Origin: Camelus ferus
Taxonomy: Eukaryota
Reading direction: 5' to 3'
DNA: 64,000 nucleotides
NCBI RefSeq assembly: GCF_009834535.1
Contig: NC_045707.1
Span: forward strand, 59,708,001-59,772,000
Of this stretch, positions 25,129 through 38,597 are shown in pieces. How positions within the stretch are numbered: the stretch's first letter is position 1; the number at the start of each line of letters is the position of its first letter. Under the pieces are notes generated by a model that did no database searches, had not been told where the DNA came from, and saw nothing but the letters and a program-made list of their open reading frames with translations. The position numbers and the translations under genes were made by a program.

Positions 25129-26489
25129 ATATTGTACCAGGATCAGAATGGATGGATTAGAATCTGAATTCAACAATATATATATTTTTTCAGATTCTAA
25201 TGCTTAGGTAGGCGATTGAAGAAACATACAATTTCTGGTGAGAAAAGATTATGGTCATGTTTTCCCCTAACTGCCTCATTAATAAAATCACAGAATCTAC
25301 TGCAGATAATGGTAATGTTCTAAAAAGTGTGAGAAGTTTTCTGGATGAACAAGAAAAATTTAAAAAGAAAGAAAAGGTTAATGAATGCTAGTTTCTACCT
25401 TCCCTAAAAAGCACAGAAATAAATGAGGAGTTTTCTATTATGTGTTTTATCTCACAAATCTGTGTCCACTAAAAAGCAGATCTTATAAATCGTTCCCCAA
25501 TTAATTCTTCACCACTCATTCTGGTATAAACTCAGATATGTAGGCCACTTCAACAAATGCCAGACAAATGCTATTACTTCTCATTTAAAAAGTAAAGTTA
25601 CCTAATCACTTTAAAATAAAATTATAAATTCTTTATAGTCTATAGTAGCCAATATTGTACTTAAAAACAGTAAGAAAAATGCCTATTTTCTTTGTTAATA
25701 AATATTAGAAAACTAAGGCTAATCTCAGACCAATAACTTTTGGGGGCCAAATGCTCTAGTTATTTTATCAATATTTGGTAACCATCAAAGTTTTATATTC
25801 CCTCAACAAAAATATGAGCCCCAAGAACATCAGACCATTGTATACTCACTAGGACCCATTTACTTTATGCCATGGTATCAAGCACTTTCCTACAACAACA
25901 GCCAGACCGAAGTTGGTGTGATTTGCAGCTTTGAATACCTCAGTTTATTAGCTATGGGAGTTGAGTTCCATGTTCCATTTCTGCTTTGGGAACAGTTTCA
26001 TTTCTAAAGCCCACCCATAAATACAGGCAGTCCCTTCCTGCTTACCCTCTTCCCTTCTGGCCTGTACCTCTGCGTAACTGGCCAAATTGAATCCTCACAG
26101 TGGCTGCCAAGTTCAAAGCCTCAAAAGCCATTTTGTGACAATACTATTAAGGTTTCATGAAAGTACAAGTCCGCTATTATTAAACTATTATTCACCCATA
26201 GTTTGACATGTTTTAACTGTTAATATCTCTCAGAAAGCAAGTGGATGTGATAGTCAGAATGATGCCTGTTAGCACATTAATCTTCTCATGTCATTCATTT
26301 TTGATTCTGAGCATTCACTGAGACTACTGTTGAGATTCTGGAAGAATCATGTAATACAATTGCATGAAAATACTAAGTACAGGTAATGAAAAACATAATT
26401 ATCTATATTCATTTAATATTCTAAAACATACATTATATATACAGAAACAGGTATACACAAATAAACTTTGTGACACTGAGTATAATAAC

Positions 26490-26720
26490 GAGAAGTCTGT
26501 GTTCTGACACGAGACCAACAGATGTAAACTATTATCTCTAGCACTTGCTAGTATATAACCATGGGAAGTTTATTAGCCTTTTAGTATTTTACTTTCTTGT
26601 TTGACTTAAAAAAATAAAAAAAATAATAGTCTAAGATAAGAATAAAATAGGAGAGTGAATGTAAAGAATTTAACACTGTGTGTGATGTACATTAAGAGCT
26701 CATTTAATGTTAGATGCTGT
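26490..26720 (+). mobile_element. MIR SINE remnant
   Basis: ctctagcacttgctag...atgtaaagaatttaacactgtg...gagctcatttaatgttag. Confidence 0.6.
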
Positions 26721-27339
26721 CACCATCAGGAGCATCATCACCACCAGGGGAGCAATAAATCTTCTTAGTATTTATCACCAGCCATAGCAAATAAACCTTG
26801 GTTCAGTCACATTCTGACATAAAAGTTACAATTAGACAATAATTCTTAATAAAGGATCCTATTGACTAAGGTCTTTAAAATCGTGTTCAATGGTTTACCC
26901 AGTTTACTTCATGAACAGGAAAGCTAATCAAAGCATTTAGCATAAATTAATAATTCAATAAAGCAAATGAGGCTCAAAAGTTGTATTTGTAGTAGATTGT
27001 AACAATAAAGAGAATTAAAAACATACCCCAAGTATATAATGAAATATAGTCAGATCATAATTTTTAAATCAGTTTCACATGCACATACATCTATATATTG
27101 AGAACCCACAAACGTGCTTTTATTGAAGACCACACATAAACAATAGATTATAGAAAAAAACAAATCAAAATCCTAACACTTTGATTAGTACTTTTACTAG
27201 TCTGATACTTGCTACCCAGGCAAGCTGAGCTCTCTGGGCTTCATTCTTCTTACTTGTAAAATGAGGACAATAACGTATATATTCCATAAATATTTTGTAA
27301 ATGAAATAAAAACCAACTAAGAGATACTGTTTATTTCAC

Positions 27340-27520
27340 ATCTAGTCCATTTGTGCTGAGTGCTGTACATGCATCATCTCCATTCTACACACAGTATGAA
27401 AAATGACTATTATTTTCATTTTATAGTAAAAGAAATTGAAAATGCGTTCCAAGGTCACACGTCTTAGATGAAAGTAAGCCAGTACTCAAATCCAAATATA
27501 TCTGAGCTTGCTGCATTGTG
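27340..27520 (-). mobile_element. MIR SINE remnant
   Basis: tgtgctgagtgctgtacatgcatcatctc...cattttatag...ccaaggtcacac. Confidence 0.6.
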
Positions 27521-28320
27521 CACTGGAAAGTATAAAGGTTCACGTTAAAATGACATGGTTTTAGATGCTGGCAAGATCAGTCTTCTTGACCAATGGCTCA
27601 GTGGTAAACTGATTTCAGCTTGGGGACTATTGGAGGTGAAGTGATCTTAAAAACCACCTAGTTTAAATAACAATAAGAAAATGGAGTCCCTAAGGAGTTC
27701 ACTTAATTGCCCAAGATATTACTGATAGTTTGAAAAGAAGACTTGATTATGATCAGACTCCTGACCTTAAGTTCAGTGTTTTTCTTCTATAATAAGTTGA
27801 AAGCCACAATTCTACAACTTAGCTACCTTAACTATTTCTTGTATCTTGTGTTTAAGGTGTTATCATTTCTCTTTTAAATTTTAGACAAAATACTACCTTC
27901 TCAATGAAAACTTCCTGATTTCAATATAAAATTACCTAATTCTTTTTAGAATTCCTCTATTGTTGGTTTTTCCTTCATAAGATTAACTATTAGCTTTAAT
28001 TATTTTACTTATTCATTCATTTCATTCCGTTACTGTCTGGGTTTTCTCAGTATAATATAAGTTCATGGAGGGCAGCCTTATCTGGTGTGTGGGTGGGGGC
28101 AGCTTGGCATTAGCAAGGCCCAAGAAAGGTTTTATCTTCCAAGGGTAACTAAACATATGGGACCATAGGTAGCCTTTCCAAAGACTCTTGCACTGGAATT
28201 AGGGAAAGAACTAGCCAAGAGCCAGCAGATTTGAAGGGCCACAGTAATTATGTCCACTGAGAGACATGCCTCTTTCTAGTAACTGGTGGGGAGTGATAAT
28301 TTGATGTCTAAACTCCCTTT

Positions 28321-28766
28321 TATACCAGTCCGGCGTTTTTAGAAATAGATGCCAAGACAGGAATAAATGTGCTAAGATTTTACTAAGGGAAACAATGATG
28401 AAAGAAAATATGGAGTGAAGCTTAAAAGGTTGTGATAACCTTCAGACTGTAACACCAGGCTGATCCCAATAAAGGAGAGGGAAGGACCACTAGGAGTGAA
28501 AGTGCCTTAGGCCGCTAGGCAATCAAGAGACAGTTAAGCAAGGTTGTAAGACCTTGAACCAAAGCTGCCCATCAAAGGAATCCCAGGTCTTCCAAGAACA
28601 GGCCTGCCTTAATATCCCTGCTGTGCTTAGTAACTGGCTGGGAGCAGCCCCCCAGGGAAGTTTGTGTCAATGTGGTGATGGGCTCAGGGTAGGGCAGCAG
28701 AGGCTTTGGTTCAGTGATGCTCCCTCTAGCTTGTGGTCTGATAGATGTATTCTCATGGCCACCACG
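28321..28766 (-). mobile_element. LTR16-like ERVL solo LTR
   Basis: Minus strand starts (c)gtggtggccatgagaatacatctatcaga; other end gatgccaagacaggaataaatgtgctaagatttt. Confidence 0.7.
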
Positions 28767-29021
28767 ACCCATATCCTATGCCTCATCCTACATGATATTT
28801 AAGTACCATGGTTGGTGGGTGTATGAGAGGGGCCCTAAAAAAGGCTGAAGATTAGTGTTTTGCCAGCCTGACAGGAGGTTGGTTAACGTAACAATTAAAA
28901 TGAATTATGAAACAGAGACGGTTTCATTGCTTGTTACCTGCATTTGTGAGCTGAGCTTTATATCTGCTGCACGTAGAAGGATAAAGAATTCCAAACAGAG
29001 GGAAAAGCAGATGGTTCAGAG

Positions 29022-29055
<34 letters not shown>

Positions 29056-29189
29056 CAATTTGGAGGAATTGGAAGAAAATAAGTCTGGCAGTAGCATACA
29101 AAGTGAGAATGATACTAATGTTAGATGACGTTGATGAAAAAATATAAAATGCTTCGTGCTTAGGTGGCTTGGAGAGCAGCACATAGAGA

Positions 29190-29350
29190 TGTGAGTCTCT
29201 GCCACATGGTGTGGGAAGCCACGGATACCCATTACCCTTTGTCAGCCTCAGCTCCTCTGATGAACACAGGAATAATAACAGCACCTATGTTGTACAGGAG
29301 TTATGAGGACTAAATGAGACAGTATGTTTAAAGCACTCATAGTAAGTTTC
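29190..29350 (+). mobile_element. MIR SINE remnant
   Basis: agcctcagctcctct...ggaataataacagcacct...gaggactaaatgag...aaagcact. Confidence 0.65.
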
Positions 29351-30329
29351 TAAGAGCTAACCTGTTTAATTTCATCAGAGAAGCTGTTCCATAATGCAAG
29401 GAAAATACCCTATTTGATCATTAGGGTCAAGCCATAAGGATGAGTCAGAAGGAAGGAATGACAAAATGAAAGGAAAGCCTTCTTATTATCCTATAGGAAC
29501 TAAGAAAACACCAAATTGAGGTCAAGGTTCTTGACTTTTTCTCTCCTTTCCTTTTCCTCCTCCTTTAGAGGAAGTAACTGAACAGGTATATGGGGAGAAG
29601 GGAGTGGCAGAGAGGAATGCCTTTACCATGAGCTCAGTGGAGGACAGCAGAAAGGTAAGGCAAACTTCAGTTAGCAGAGGTTGCCTGAGTGGAGCGGTCA
29701 GGCATAAAGGCTTGAGTTTTCACTCCTGAATATTCTTACATCTTTAGATACTGACCTGAGTCACTCGGTCACTCAGTGGTGAATCCCATGTGCTGAGATA
29801 AATGAGCAGGATCTCAAACTCTGCATAGGATGTTGCAAAGCCTCAAAGGCCAGCAAGCCCCTAAAACCAGCAAAACCTTATCAACTGGAGGACAAAGGTG
29901 GGCCCTCCCCAAAGTCAGACTGCAAATTACACTAGGAGCTGTTCCCAGCTGCAAAGACCAGCAACCAGGTGCACAAGGGTAATCAAGCCAGGGGCCAGAG
30001 CAAACAGAAGCTTCAGAAGCCAAGAACCTCATCTCTTTACCCACAGATTATGCAAGTCATTTATACCTCAACACTTTATATCCAGACCAGTCTAGGACAG
30101 AAGCATAAAATGGGGCAGATGCCTGAACCCAAGACTGAATGTGTTCTCCTGGAGATGCAAAGCATCACCTAAAGAACCATTTTATATATGTCATCTATTT
30201 TTTCTGGTGAGTCAGAAGACGTGGACCTTTATGAAAGGCACCAGCTCTGTTTAAGAAAGCATGTGTCTCCTGTGCATCTCAGCTGGAGTGTGAGAAAATC
30301 TGCTATCATTTCCTTTATGGTGATTCATA

Positions 30330-31090
30330 TTACAAATGACAGCAGGGGCCCAGAGAGAGGCTTGTAACTGGTGGAGTGAGCTTATGTGGTAGTAAGTAAG
30401 TAACAGAAGTTTCTGAGAGGGAGAATCTGCAAAACAGACCTGCTGAAACTTGAAAGGTTAATGGGTCACTTGGAAGACACAGGGCAGATGAAAAGAAAGG
30501 TATTCTAGACAGTGAGAACAGGAGGAGAAAGCTAGGCAGTGGGTACCAGAAAAAAAAAGTACTAAGGAAAATAAAGTAGTTCAAAAATAGCTAAAGGGTA
30601 CAAGGTCAGGGAAAAGAGGGACTAATGACTAATAAACCAAGTGATGATGCAGGCATGAGGCAGCTGAAGAAGAGCTGGTGAGAAATTGGAAAACTTCATT
30701 GGGGAGCGATATGATAATCAGATGTTTATTCCATGAAATCCCACTCTGGCAGAGAAGTGGAAAATTTATTGGAAGGATTTGAGATCAGAGTGAGGAAAAT
30801 AGGTTAGCTGGAATAGTCCAAGCAAGAGATGGGTAGAGCCTGAAGTGAGGCAGTGACAAAGGAAACGGAAAGGAGAGGATGAACTATATGTGTGTTAAGT
30901 AAGTAGAATAGTCACGACTCTGCTCCTGGATTACTGGGGATGGGGAAGGAGGTAAGAGGGACACTTCTACCATGGCTTCCAGTACTCTGGTTGGGAAGGT
31001 GGACTAGAAAGGGGTGGAAGGTGAGGGAAAGAAAGGGCAGGATTGAGTCTGGGGAGCTAGGAAATAGACAAGATAATGAGTTCGGTTAGG
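30330..31090 (-). mobile_element. L2 LINE remnant
   Basis: Purine-rich antisense L2 (aatagtccaagcaagagatgg, gataatgagttcgg). Confidence 0.65.
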
Positions 31091-31972
31091 AGGCAAAATC
31101 AAGTTTTGTTTTGTCTTCATTTTGTTATGGTTTGAATCTACTGCAAGAATTTAATCTCATGGAATCTCAATTACTGTGTCTTAGAAATGGAAATCCTATT
31201 ATTTAACCATCCTGAATGCAATAGTCAGGCCTGGAATCTCTACAAATTCTACATAATAGAAGGAAGGAGAAGGAAAAGGGGGGTGGGAAGGAGGAGGAGG
31301 AAGAGGAAACACCTGAAAAACTCTTTGTTTAAAAAAAACAAACTCTAACTAACTGCTTTCAAGAATATTCCATGTGTAAAACTCATTAAGTCAAAGTATA
31401 TCAAAAGATTTGTTGACTTTTAGAGCTGAAAGCCATGTTAGAGATCATGCAACTCAAGGTAGCATTTTTATAGATGAGGCAGCAGAGGTATAGAGGGGTT
31501 AAGAAACCTGGCCAAGATCACACACAGCACCCATCACAGGATCGTTCTTCCCAGTGTGCTATGTTGTGGCCCCTGCTCACCACAATCAGCACTGACTTTA
31601 AGGTAAAAACTACCACAGACTGACAGTTGAACAGAGCACATTTTTACCTGTTGCATTTCTTTCTAACATCCAGGATTTCTAATTTTACTAGCAACATCTC
31701 AACATCATTCTGGATAACTCTAATAACAGTAGGAAAGTTGCATATATACATGTGATAACACTCCCATAAAGTCCACAATAAAGACATTATACAGGTCTAA
31801 TGATACTACAATCCCGTGAGGGTTATCCATATTTTTATAGGTGAAAACACAAAGGCATGGTGATGTTAAATGTCTTACCCATGGTCACAGAGCTAGTTAT
31901 TTGTGAATTCAGTACTGGGACATGAGTAATCTAGCTCCAGAATCTTGAACGCTATAATATAATGTGTCTCAA

Positions 31973-32046
31973 TTCTCTCTCTCTCTCTCTCTCTTTCTCT
32001 GGCTCAATTGCCTTTCTTTCTTTCTTTCTTTTTTTTTTTTTTTTTT
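31973..32046 (+). repeat. (CT)n / (CTTT)n / poly-T pyrimidine tract
   Basis: Direct reading. Confidence 0.9.
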
Positions 32047-33830
32047 GGTCTCAAAATAACAGGGCTAATAAAACACTTTAATAATACTGAAAATATTTTC
32101 AAACATGTTGCCATTTAAATCTAGATCTAATCATTAACAAGATAAATCCGTGAATAATTTAAAAATGTATATATCTGTAGAACTATCAAACTGCACATTC
32201 CATATTAACTTTATGATGATCTACCAAACAATCTTAGTAAGTCACATTTACACAAAATTAACAGTTACCAAAAACTTGCTAAATAACAAAGAAGATTATT
32301 TTTAAAAACTGCTTAGCTAAAGTTCAAGGAATCACTACTAGGTGAAGACTTATGAATTCATATCCATTAGACAACAAACACATCATAAAGGAAACAACAC
32401 CTTAAATACATAAATATGTTAGTCCATCAGTGTTTGGACCTAAGCTCCCCTCTGGGCATCTGAGCAATTGCTGCTGGTCTTAAAGAACAGGTGGGACATG
32501 TGAGACACCCAAACAAGAACTGTTTCTCTACATTGTCACTGGCGTCCATTGGCCCTTCAACCTCAGGATGCCACTGTCCAAGCAGATGAGAGGACACAGG
32601 GAGTGCTCTTCAAGCAACTTCAGATAATAAGTAGCTCTTAAACATCAAAGCTCTTCATCTGGGATATTTCTAAACAATGGGGAACAATAGAAGGAATTCA
32701 AGCAGAGAAATGGCATGGCGGAAGTGAGGGCAATGCGCACTGAGAGATGGAAGACCAAGACATCCTTCAGAAGAACAATGTGACATTCTGTGACCTCAAT
32801 TCCACTGATGGTAGGATTGGGGAAGAGAGACCCTGAGCAGTCAGAAGTGATAAAGCTGCTGATGTGGGGTTAGGAAAAAGGGAAGAGTTAAAGACTCAGG
32901 GATTTCTTCTACGTGGTCCTTCCATCTGGAACCCTGACTCTCAACATCAGCTTTAATAGGACCTTTTTCCAGGGTTCCACCTTCTATGCTGGCTCCATCT
33001 GAACTGTTTCAAAATGTTACAAGAAATTATACTTATTATTTGAACTGTTGACATACTGCCCAAATGAACAAAAATATTTTATTTGGCCCACTGTACAAAA
33101 AAATAGAATGATGTTTCAAAAACATTCTCTTTAAATTAGCCCAGTGTTACAAAGACAAAAAAAAAAAGTCATTTGGGTTTTAACATATGAACAACATTAA
33201 AATGACATATGAAGAATATTAAAATACATGTATAATAGTCACCATTTGGAAATGATAACAGGCAAAGAGGTATATGATGAACAATCCAAAAATATAAAGC
33301 TTCAACTCAGGAAAAAAGACCAAATAAAATAATAACCAGTGTTCTCTTATTTCACTATAATCAGGAGGATCTTATTCTCTATCATACTTCTTAAAAAGAA
33401 GTGAGTAGTACCACACAGCAGTTAGGAGCATAGCAAAATAGACATTTTCAATTATTTTTGAGAAATGACTAAAGTAGGGATTCTTTTAAGAGGCACTATT
33501 TGGCAAAAATCTCAACTTGCAATGATTTTTATTGGAAAGATTTCATGGGCTCCCACAGTTTAGGTGAGAGAATTTGATCCCAAGCCCCAAGCCAAAATTC
33601 TTATAAATCTACACTCATCAAAAAAGATCATTCAGCTCCTGCTAAGCCTTAACATGTTTAAGGTTTAACATGACAAACATCTCCTCATCTCAGTATACAC
33701 AAACTCTGTTACTAAGGGATTTGGAAGGAGGGATGACCACAGGTCTCTTGGGTTTCCAAAGTATGTACTTAGCAAATTGCTCCCTGATAAAAGGCATCTT
33801 GAAGCTACTATAGAAACCCACCATTATTCC

Positions 33831-34334
33831 TGATGGGGGTCATGGTAGGCTGCCCCCAAAATGTCACCTTGGCATATTGATGATTTTGAATTCAAGTTAC
33901 TTAAGAAACAGCCAGTACAAAAGAACACTCTGATCCTCCTCTGTCTCCCTGAAAGCAGGAAATGAATCTCCCATGTGAAAGATACCCTTTCTGTACCAGA
34001 AGGTAGAGAGAGGCAACCTTATCATCAGAGATAGAGAATTTAAAGCCAAGAAGGCTGTATCAACAAACCGTGTTACTTCTACACCAATTTACTACCCTAA
34101 GCCCAAACTTCTTTGTTTTGTCAATTCTTCACAAATTTATCGTTTCTTTGTCTAAAAGATAAACAAGTTACCATTGTGGTCACTTCTTTGAGTCTCATAT
34201 TTCTATGAGCTCCTGTACATTCAAATTTAAATTTGCGGGGTTTTTTTCTCCTATTAATCTGTCTTGAGTCAATTTAATTATTAGACCTGCCAAAGAACTA
34301 GAGAGAAAGGAAGGAAAAGTCTTCCCTTTCTACG
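33831..34334 (+). mobile_element. MER34-like ERV1 solo LTR
   Basis: tgatgggg...cccccaaaatgtcaccttggcatattgatgattttga start, ends ...ttctacg, perfect 4-bp TSD TTCC at 33827-33830 / 34335-34338. Confidence 0.85.
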
Positions 34335-35139
34335 TTCCTTTCATCAGTGAGGTGATGGAGGAAGCAGCCCATACGTACCCAGCACTCCCACTCCCGGAAT
34401 ATCACCATGCTTACAAACAAGGGGAATTGTCACAGGCTTTGTGCTTCTATTCATAAACATTCTCATCCTGTTACCTGGATTGTCTTCTTGCTTGTTTCTC
34501 CATTAACCCATCAAGGATCAGCTCAGTTTCTACCTTTCCCTTGAACCTACGTCCAAAACATCAATGTGTTATCAGTACTGGGATTTGTCTTCCAGAAGCT
34601 TATCTTCTTTGACTCTTTACCCTCATTAGTTCCCTTCCCCTGCTTCCTACTTCTTTATGTATTTGTCTAACTTGCAAAGGTTAAAAGAAGGGATAAAGAG
34701 CCATCATTCCCTTCTGTCCAGACTGCTGAAGTCCTCTGATAGATTCTCTGGAGAACTCATAGCTGTAGACTCCTAAAAAAATCTCTCCTAGCCTTGTCAC
34801 CTCAACAAATTCATTCTGGGCTCACTTCTACAGGCTTTCCATTTCCTTTAGTTTCTTCTTTGCTTTCGGTTGCCTTTTCTCTAGATTCTTTCTCTCTACA
34901 TTGAGAATTCTGTTGCACATTCTTCTAAATGGCTTTGGTTTATGTTTCTCTCCATGAGATCACTGGACTCCCTGCTCAGGCCAGTGTTTTAATTCATTTG
35001 TCAATAAGCTAGATCCATCAAGGACAGTTTCTACTTCTCTGGGAGGGAGGAAATGTTGTATCTCCATCCTCAATGGAAGAGAGTACTTGTGACGAAGTTA
35101 ATGGTACTGCCATCTGTCTCTTTAGCACGATCATAGCTA

Positions 35140-35385
35140 CTGCTCAGAGTGCTGTTACTGAGTGGCAGGTACTAGCTTAAACACTTTAGGTACATAATTC
35201 TTTTTGATCCTCAGAATGACTCAAATAAATTGGCATTACTGTTCTTCATTTACTGATGAGAAAACTGAAGGTTAAAGGCATTATGTACTATACAAGTTCA
35301 TGTAGCTTGTTCATGGCAGAGTCAGGATGGAAACCCAAGTCACTCTGATCCCACAGTCCATGGTTTGAATCACTATACTGTAACT
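35140..35385 (-). mobile_element. MIR SINE
   Basis: gatgagaaaactgaaggtt...atggcagagtcaggatggaaacccaag. Confidence 0.7.
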
Positions 35386-36954
35386 CCAATCTGCCCCCAA
35401 CACATAGGCTCATGAAAAAAAGCAACAACCCTTAATCTGGCAATTGAGCCCTCCATGATTTGCCTCCAGTTTGCCTTTCCAGAGGAGTCCTCTCTCCCTC
35501 TGCCCTTATGCTTTCTTCTCAGCCACATGGAATCTGAACTCCAGACAAACTAAAATGCATGCACCCACAAATAAGCCATATGTCTTTGCCATAGATAGCC
35601 ATCCTTTAATTAACGCAGTTTCCTCTAATGTAAAACATTCTTACCCTTATAAACTCCATTTTCAATCCTATTGATTTCCTACAACTCAGATCAAATGCAC
35701 CCTTTTCCATGAAGCCTACCCAACTCCCTCACTTTAAGAAGTAGCCCCTTACTTTAATTCTTGTAACTCTTTATTTACTCTCTACTTTATATACTCTCTA
35801 CAGTCCAACTAGATGTTGAGTTCCTTGGAGGCTCACACTGCGGTCTTCTCTTCTCTACACACCCTCTGTACACCACACTCTTCTGTGGTAGGTTTAACTG
35901 TTAGATATACCTAAGTGTGATTCTGCCCGATCATATTCCCAGCACCTCTGGAGGGGAGGGAATGTGGTTGCCAGATGCTGGCAGTCAGAGGCCACCAAAT
36001 GTGCACTTTCTCCTTTTCTTTCACAATTGCAATCTCCATCTGAGGAGGTTCTCCTACCAGGCCTGGGAAGGTCATGTGCTTACACTTTACAAGTACAAAG
36101 GAGATGGCTGGTTCCAACAGTCCTAATAAGTAAAACATTAAGCAGCAGCTGGAATCTAACAACAAAACTGGAGTTAATACACCATCTTTTAAAATGGCAC
36201 CCTTAATATTATAAATTGAAAAACAATCATAGATAGAATCAATGGTATAAATGAATATAAAAAGTATGTTCCAACTTGTGATGGGCTGCTTAACAACATA
36301 ATGAGAAAAACAATTGCTAAGGAAGTGCTTCTTCCCATGCTCCTCCCACCTCCATCTCACCTCCAGAGAGCCCGTGAACACTGCCTGGGACATTGCATCA
36401 GCATCTGCTCCATTTTCACACTAAGATGGAAAAGATAACTTTACAAATAAAAACTAGGAAAAATTAAAATATGCTGTCACATGCAGAGAGCTCAACTAAG
36501 TAATAAATATTCTAGAATGATAGCAACATGTAACTTGGTAAGCTTTAATTCATGAAGCAAGTTTCCATTTTAAAATTTATTTGAATCAGCTTTTCCAGCT
36601 AAACTGATCTTAATTATTATCTGGTGCAGTGCATTTTTTTAAACTGTATTTTTAAGGAAACAGAAGAATTTCATCAAAAAAAAAAAAAAAGGAAAGAAAT
36701 AAGAGAAGAAACAAAAAGCACAAATTTCATGAGGAATCTCAACATGTTGCTTAGGTTAAAGGAAGGCATAGACAACCAGAGCTCTATAACATGACACCAT
36801 CTTCATCACCAAACTTCTCTAGAAGCAACCTTTAGACTCCTATGGATCTAAAGAAACTACTATTAGTGAATTGCTTTCATTTTGCAAATGAAAGATGTGG
36901 CACAAAATGATTAGGGAAGCCTCCTAGCATTTACATCTTTATGTAAAAGCCTTC

Positions 36955-37332
36955 TATTAAGTGTGCATGGAAAATGTGACTTGCTTCTACAGCAAAGGTA
37001 ATGAGATGTCACTCCGAGGATTACATTATATCATGCAAAACTTTCCTTGCTAGCCAACCTGCCCGTCTCTCTCTCCCCTTCTTCACTTTGAAGAAGCAAA
37101 ATGCCATGAATCTTGTAGCCACAGACAATTGAATATTGCCAAGAATCATGCAAGTGGAGGATGCAGATGCTTCCATAGTTAAGCTTCTAGAAGAAAACAC
37201 AGTCGTGGTCAACACACTGATTGGAACAGAGCTGAAGCAGACCTCTGACCCATATAAACTGAGATAAATAACTGTGTGTTGTTTTAAGGCACTAAGTGTA
37301 TGGTAATTGTTACACAGTATTGAAAACTCAAA
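36955..37332 (+). mobile_element. MLT1 (MaLR) LTR, 3' part
   Basis: gagataaataactgtgtgttgttttaaggcactaagtgtatggtaattgttacacag MaLR terminus. Confidence 0.8.
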
Positions 37333-37382
37333 GAAATGACATCCATAAAATATATCTAATCCAGAGCCAAAGATAAAACCCA

Positions 37383-37827
37383 TTTTTTTTAACTGATGTA
37401 TAGTCAATTTATAATATTCATAGCAGCACTATTTACAATAGCCAAGACATGGAAACAACCTAAATGTCCATCGACAGATGACTGGATAAAGAAGTTGTGA
37501 TATATATATATGTAATATGTATATAGATATACATGTATATTACATATGTATATACACACACAATGGAACACTTCTCGGCTATAAAAAAGAATGAAATAAT
37601 GCCATTTGCAGCAACATGGATAGACCTAGAGATGATGGTGCTAAGTGAAGTAACACAGAGAAAGACACATATCATATGATATCACTTATTTGTGGAATCT
37701 TTAAAAAATGACAGAAATAACTTATTTACAAAACAGAAACAAACTCACAAACATAGAAAACAAACTCATGGTTGCCAATGGGGAAAGGTGAGGGAGGGAT
37801 AAATTAGGAGTTCGGGATTTGCAGATA
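37383..37827. mobile_element. 5'-inverted (twin-primed) LINE-1 insertion
   Basis: Antisense L1 terminus with T tract (37383-37418) fused to a sense ORF2-end/3'UTR segment (37413-37827); TSD 37371-37388 / 37823-37840. Confidence 0.85.
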
Positions 37828-37885
37828 AAACCTACTTCTTATGGTTAGAATTTTCTACCTCCTTGCGGCCCCCAAGAAAATGAAT

Positions 37886-38420
37886 GTAACCAAGATGGCC
37901 TTGAAGATGCCCCCAGTGTCACTAAACTTTAGGCCAGTTCCTTCCTGACTTTTGCCCTGTGTCTTCTCTTTTCTTAGAGAATTTACTTTTAAAAATTGTA
38001 ATTGTAAATTCGTTCTCTGCCCCTTTGAGATATAAATCTTTCCCCAGCCTCTGGCTCATTCTACTACATAGGAAATCCTTCTCAAGGACGCAGGAACCAT
38101 ACCTTTGAAATTTAATAATTAAAAAAGACTGAGCCTCAAATCTCCAGTCTCTCAGGGAGGGTAGGAGTCTAAATTAGATAACCTGCCACATCGCAAACAC
38201 ATTGACCAAATTCCCATAAATGTCTTCCAGACTTTTCCACCAGCTCATCTTAGCACTTAAAAAGAAATTCTACTGCCTTTTGGTTCAGCAGAATTAAAAC
38301 ACTTTCTTCTACTGTATAATCTTGAAATTTATTCCAACAGTCTTAACCCCTATTGCAATAGCCATGAATAGTAACGTCTTCCTTGTCTGTTTAACTCCAC
38401 CCAGTGTTTGCGCTGTTCCA
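37886..38420 (+). mobile_element. ERV1-type solo LTR (MER31/MER67-like; family uncertain)
   Basis: tgtaaccaag...cactaaactttagg...ccctattgcaatagc...tcttccttgtctgtttaact. Confidence 0.65.
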
Positions 38421-38597
38421 GGAGGTATCATTCATAATTTATTCCCAATGAACTTCATGGAGTTGTACAACACGGTGGTCCTACTGTACATACTAGTTTT
38501 TACCAAAGAGTAGTTTAAGATAGTTGAAAATCCTCTTCTTCAGCAGTCCTGGATGATCTAAGTATATTCAAGTTATATAGAACTCAACTTCAAGATA

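Noticed and set aside
35911..36393. Longest ORF in the window (160 aa, minus strand)
   Set aside because: No recognisable domain or exon structure; compatible with chance
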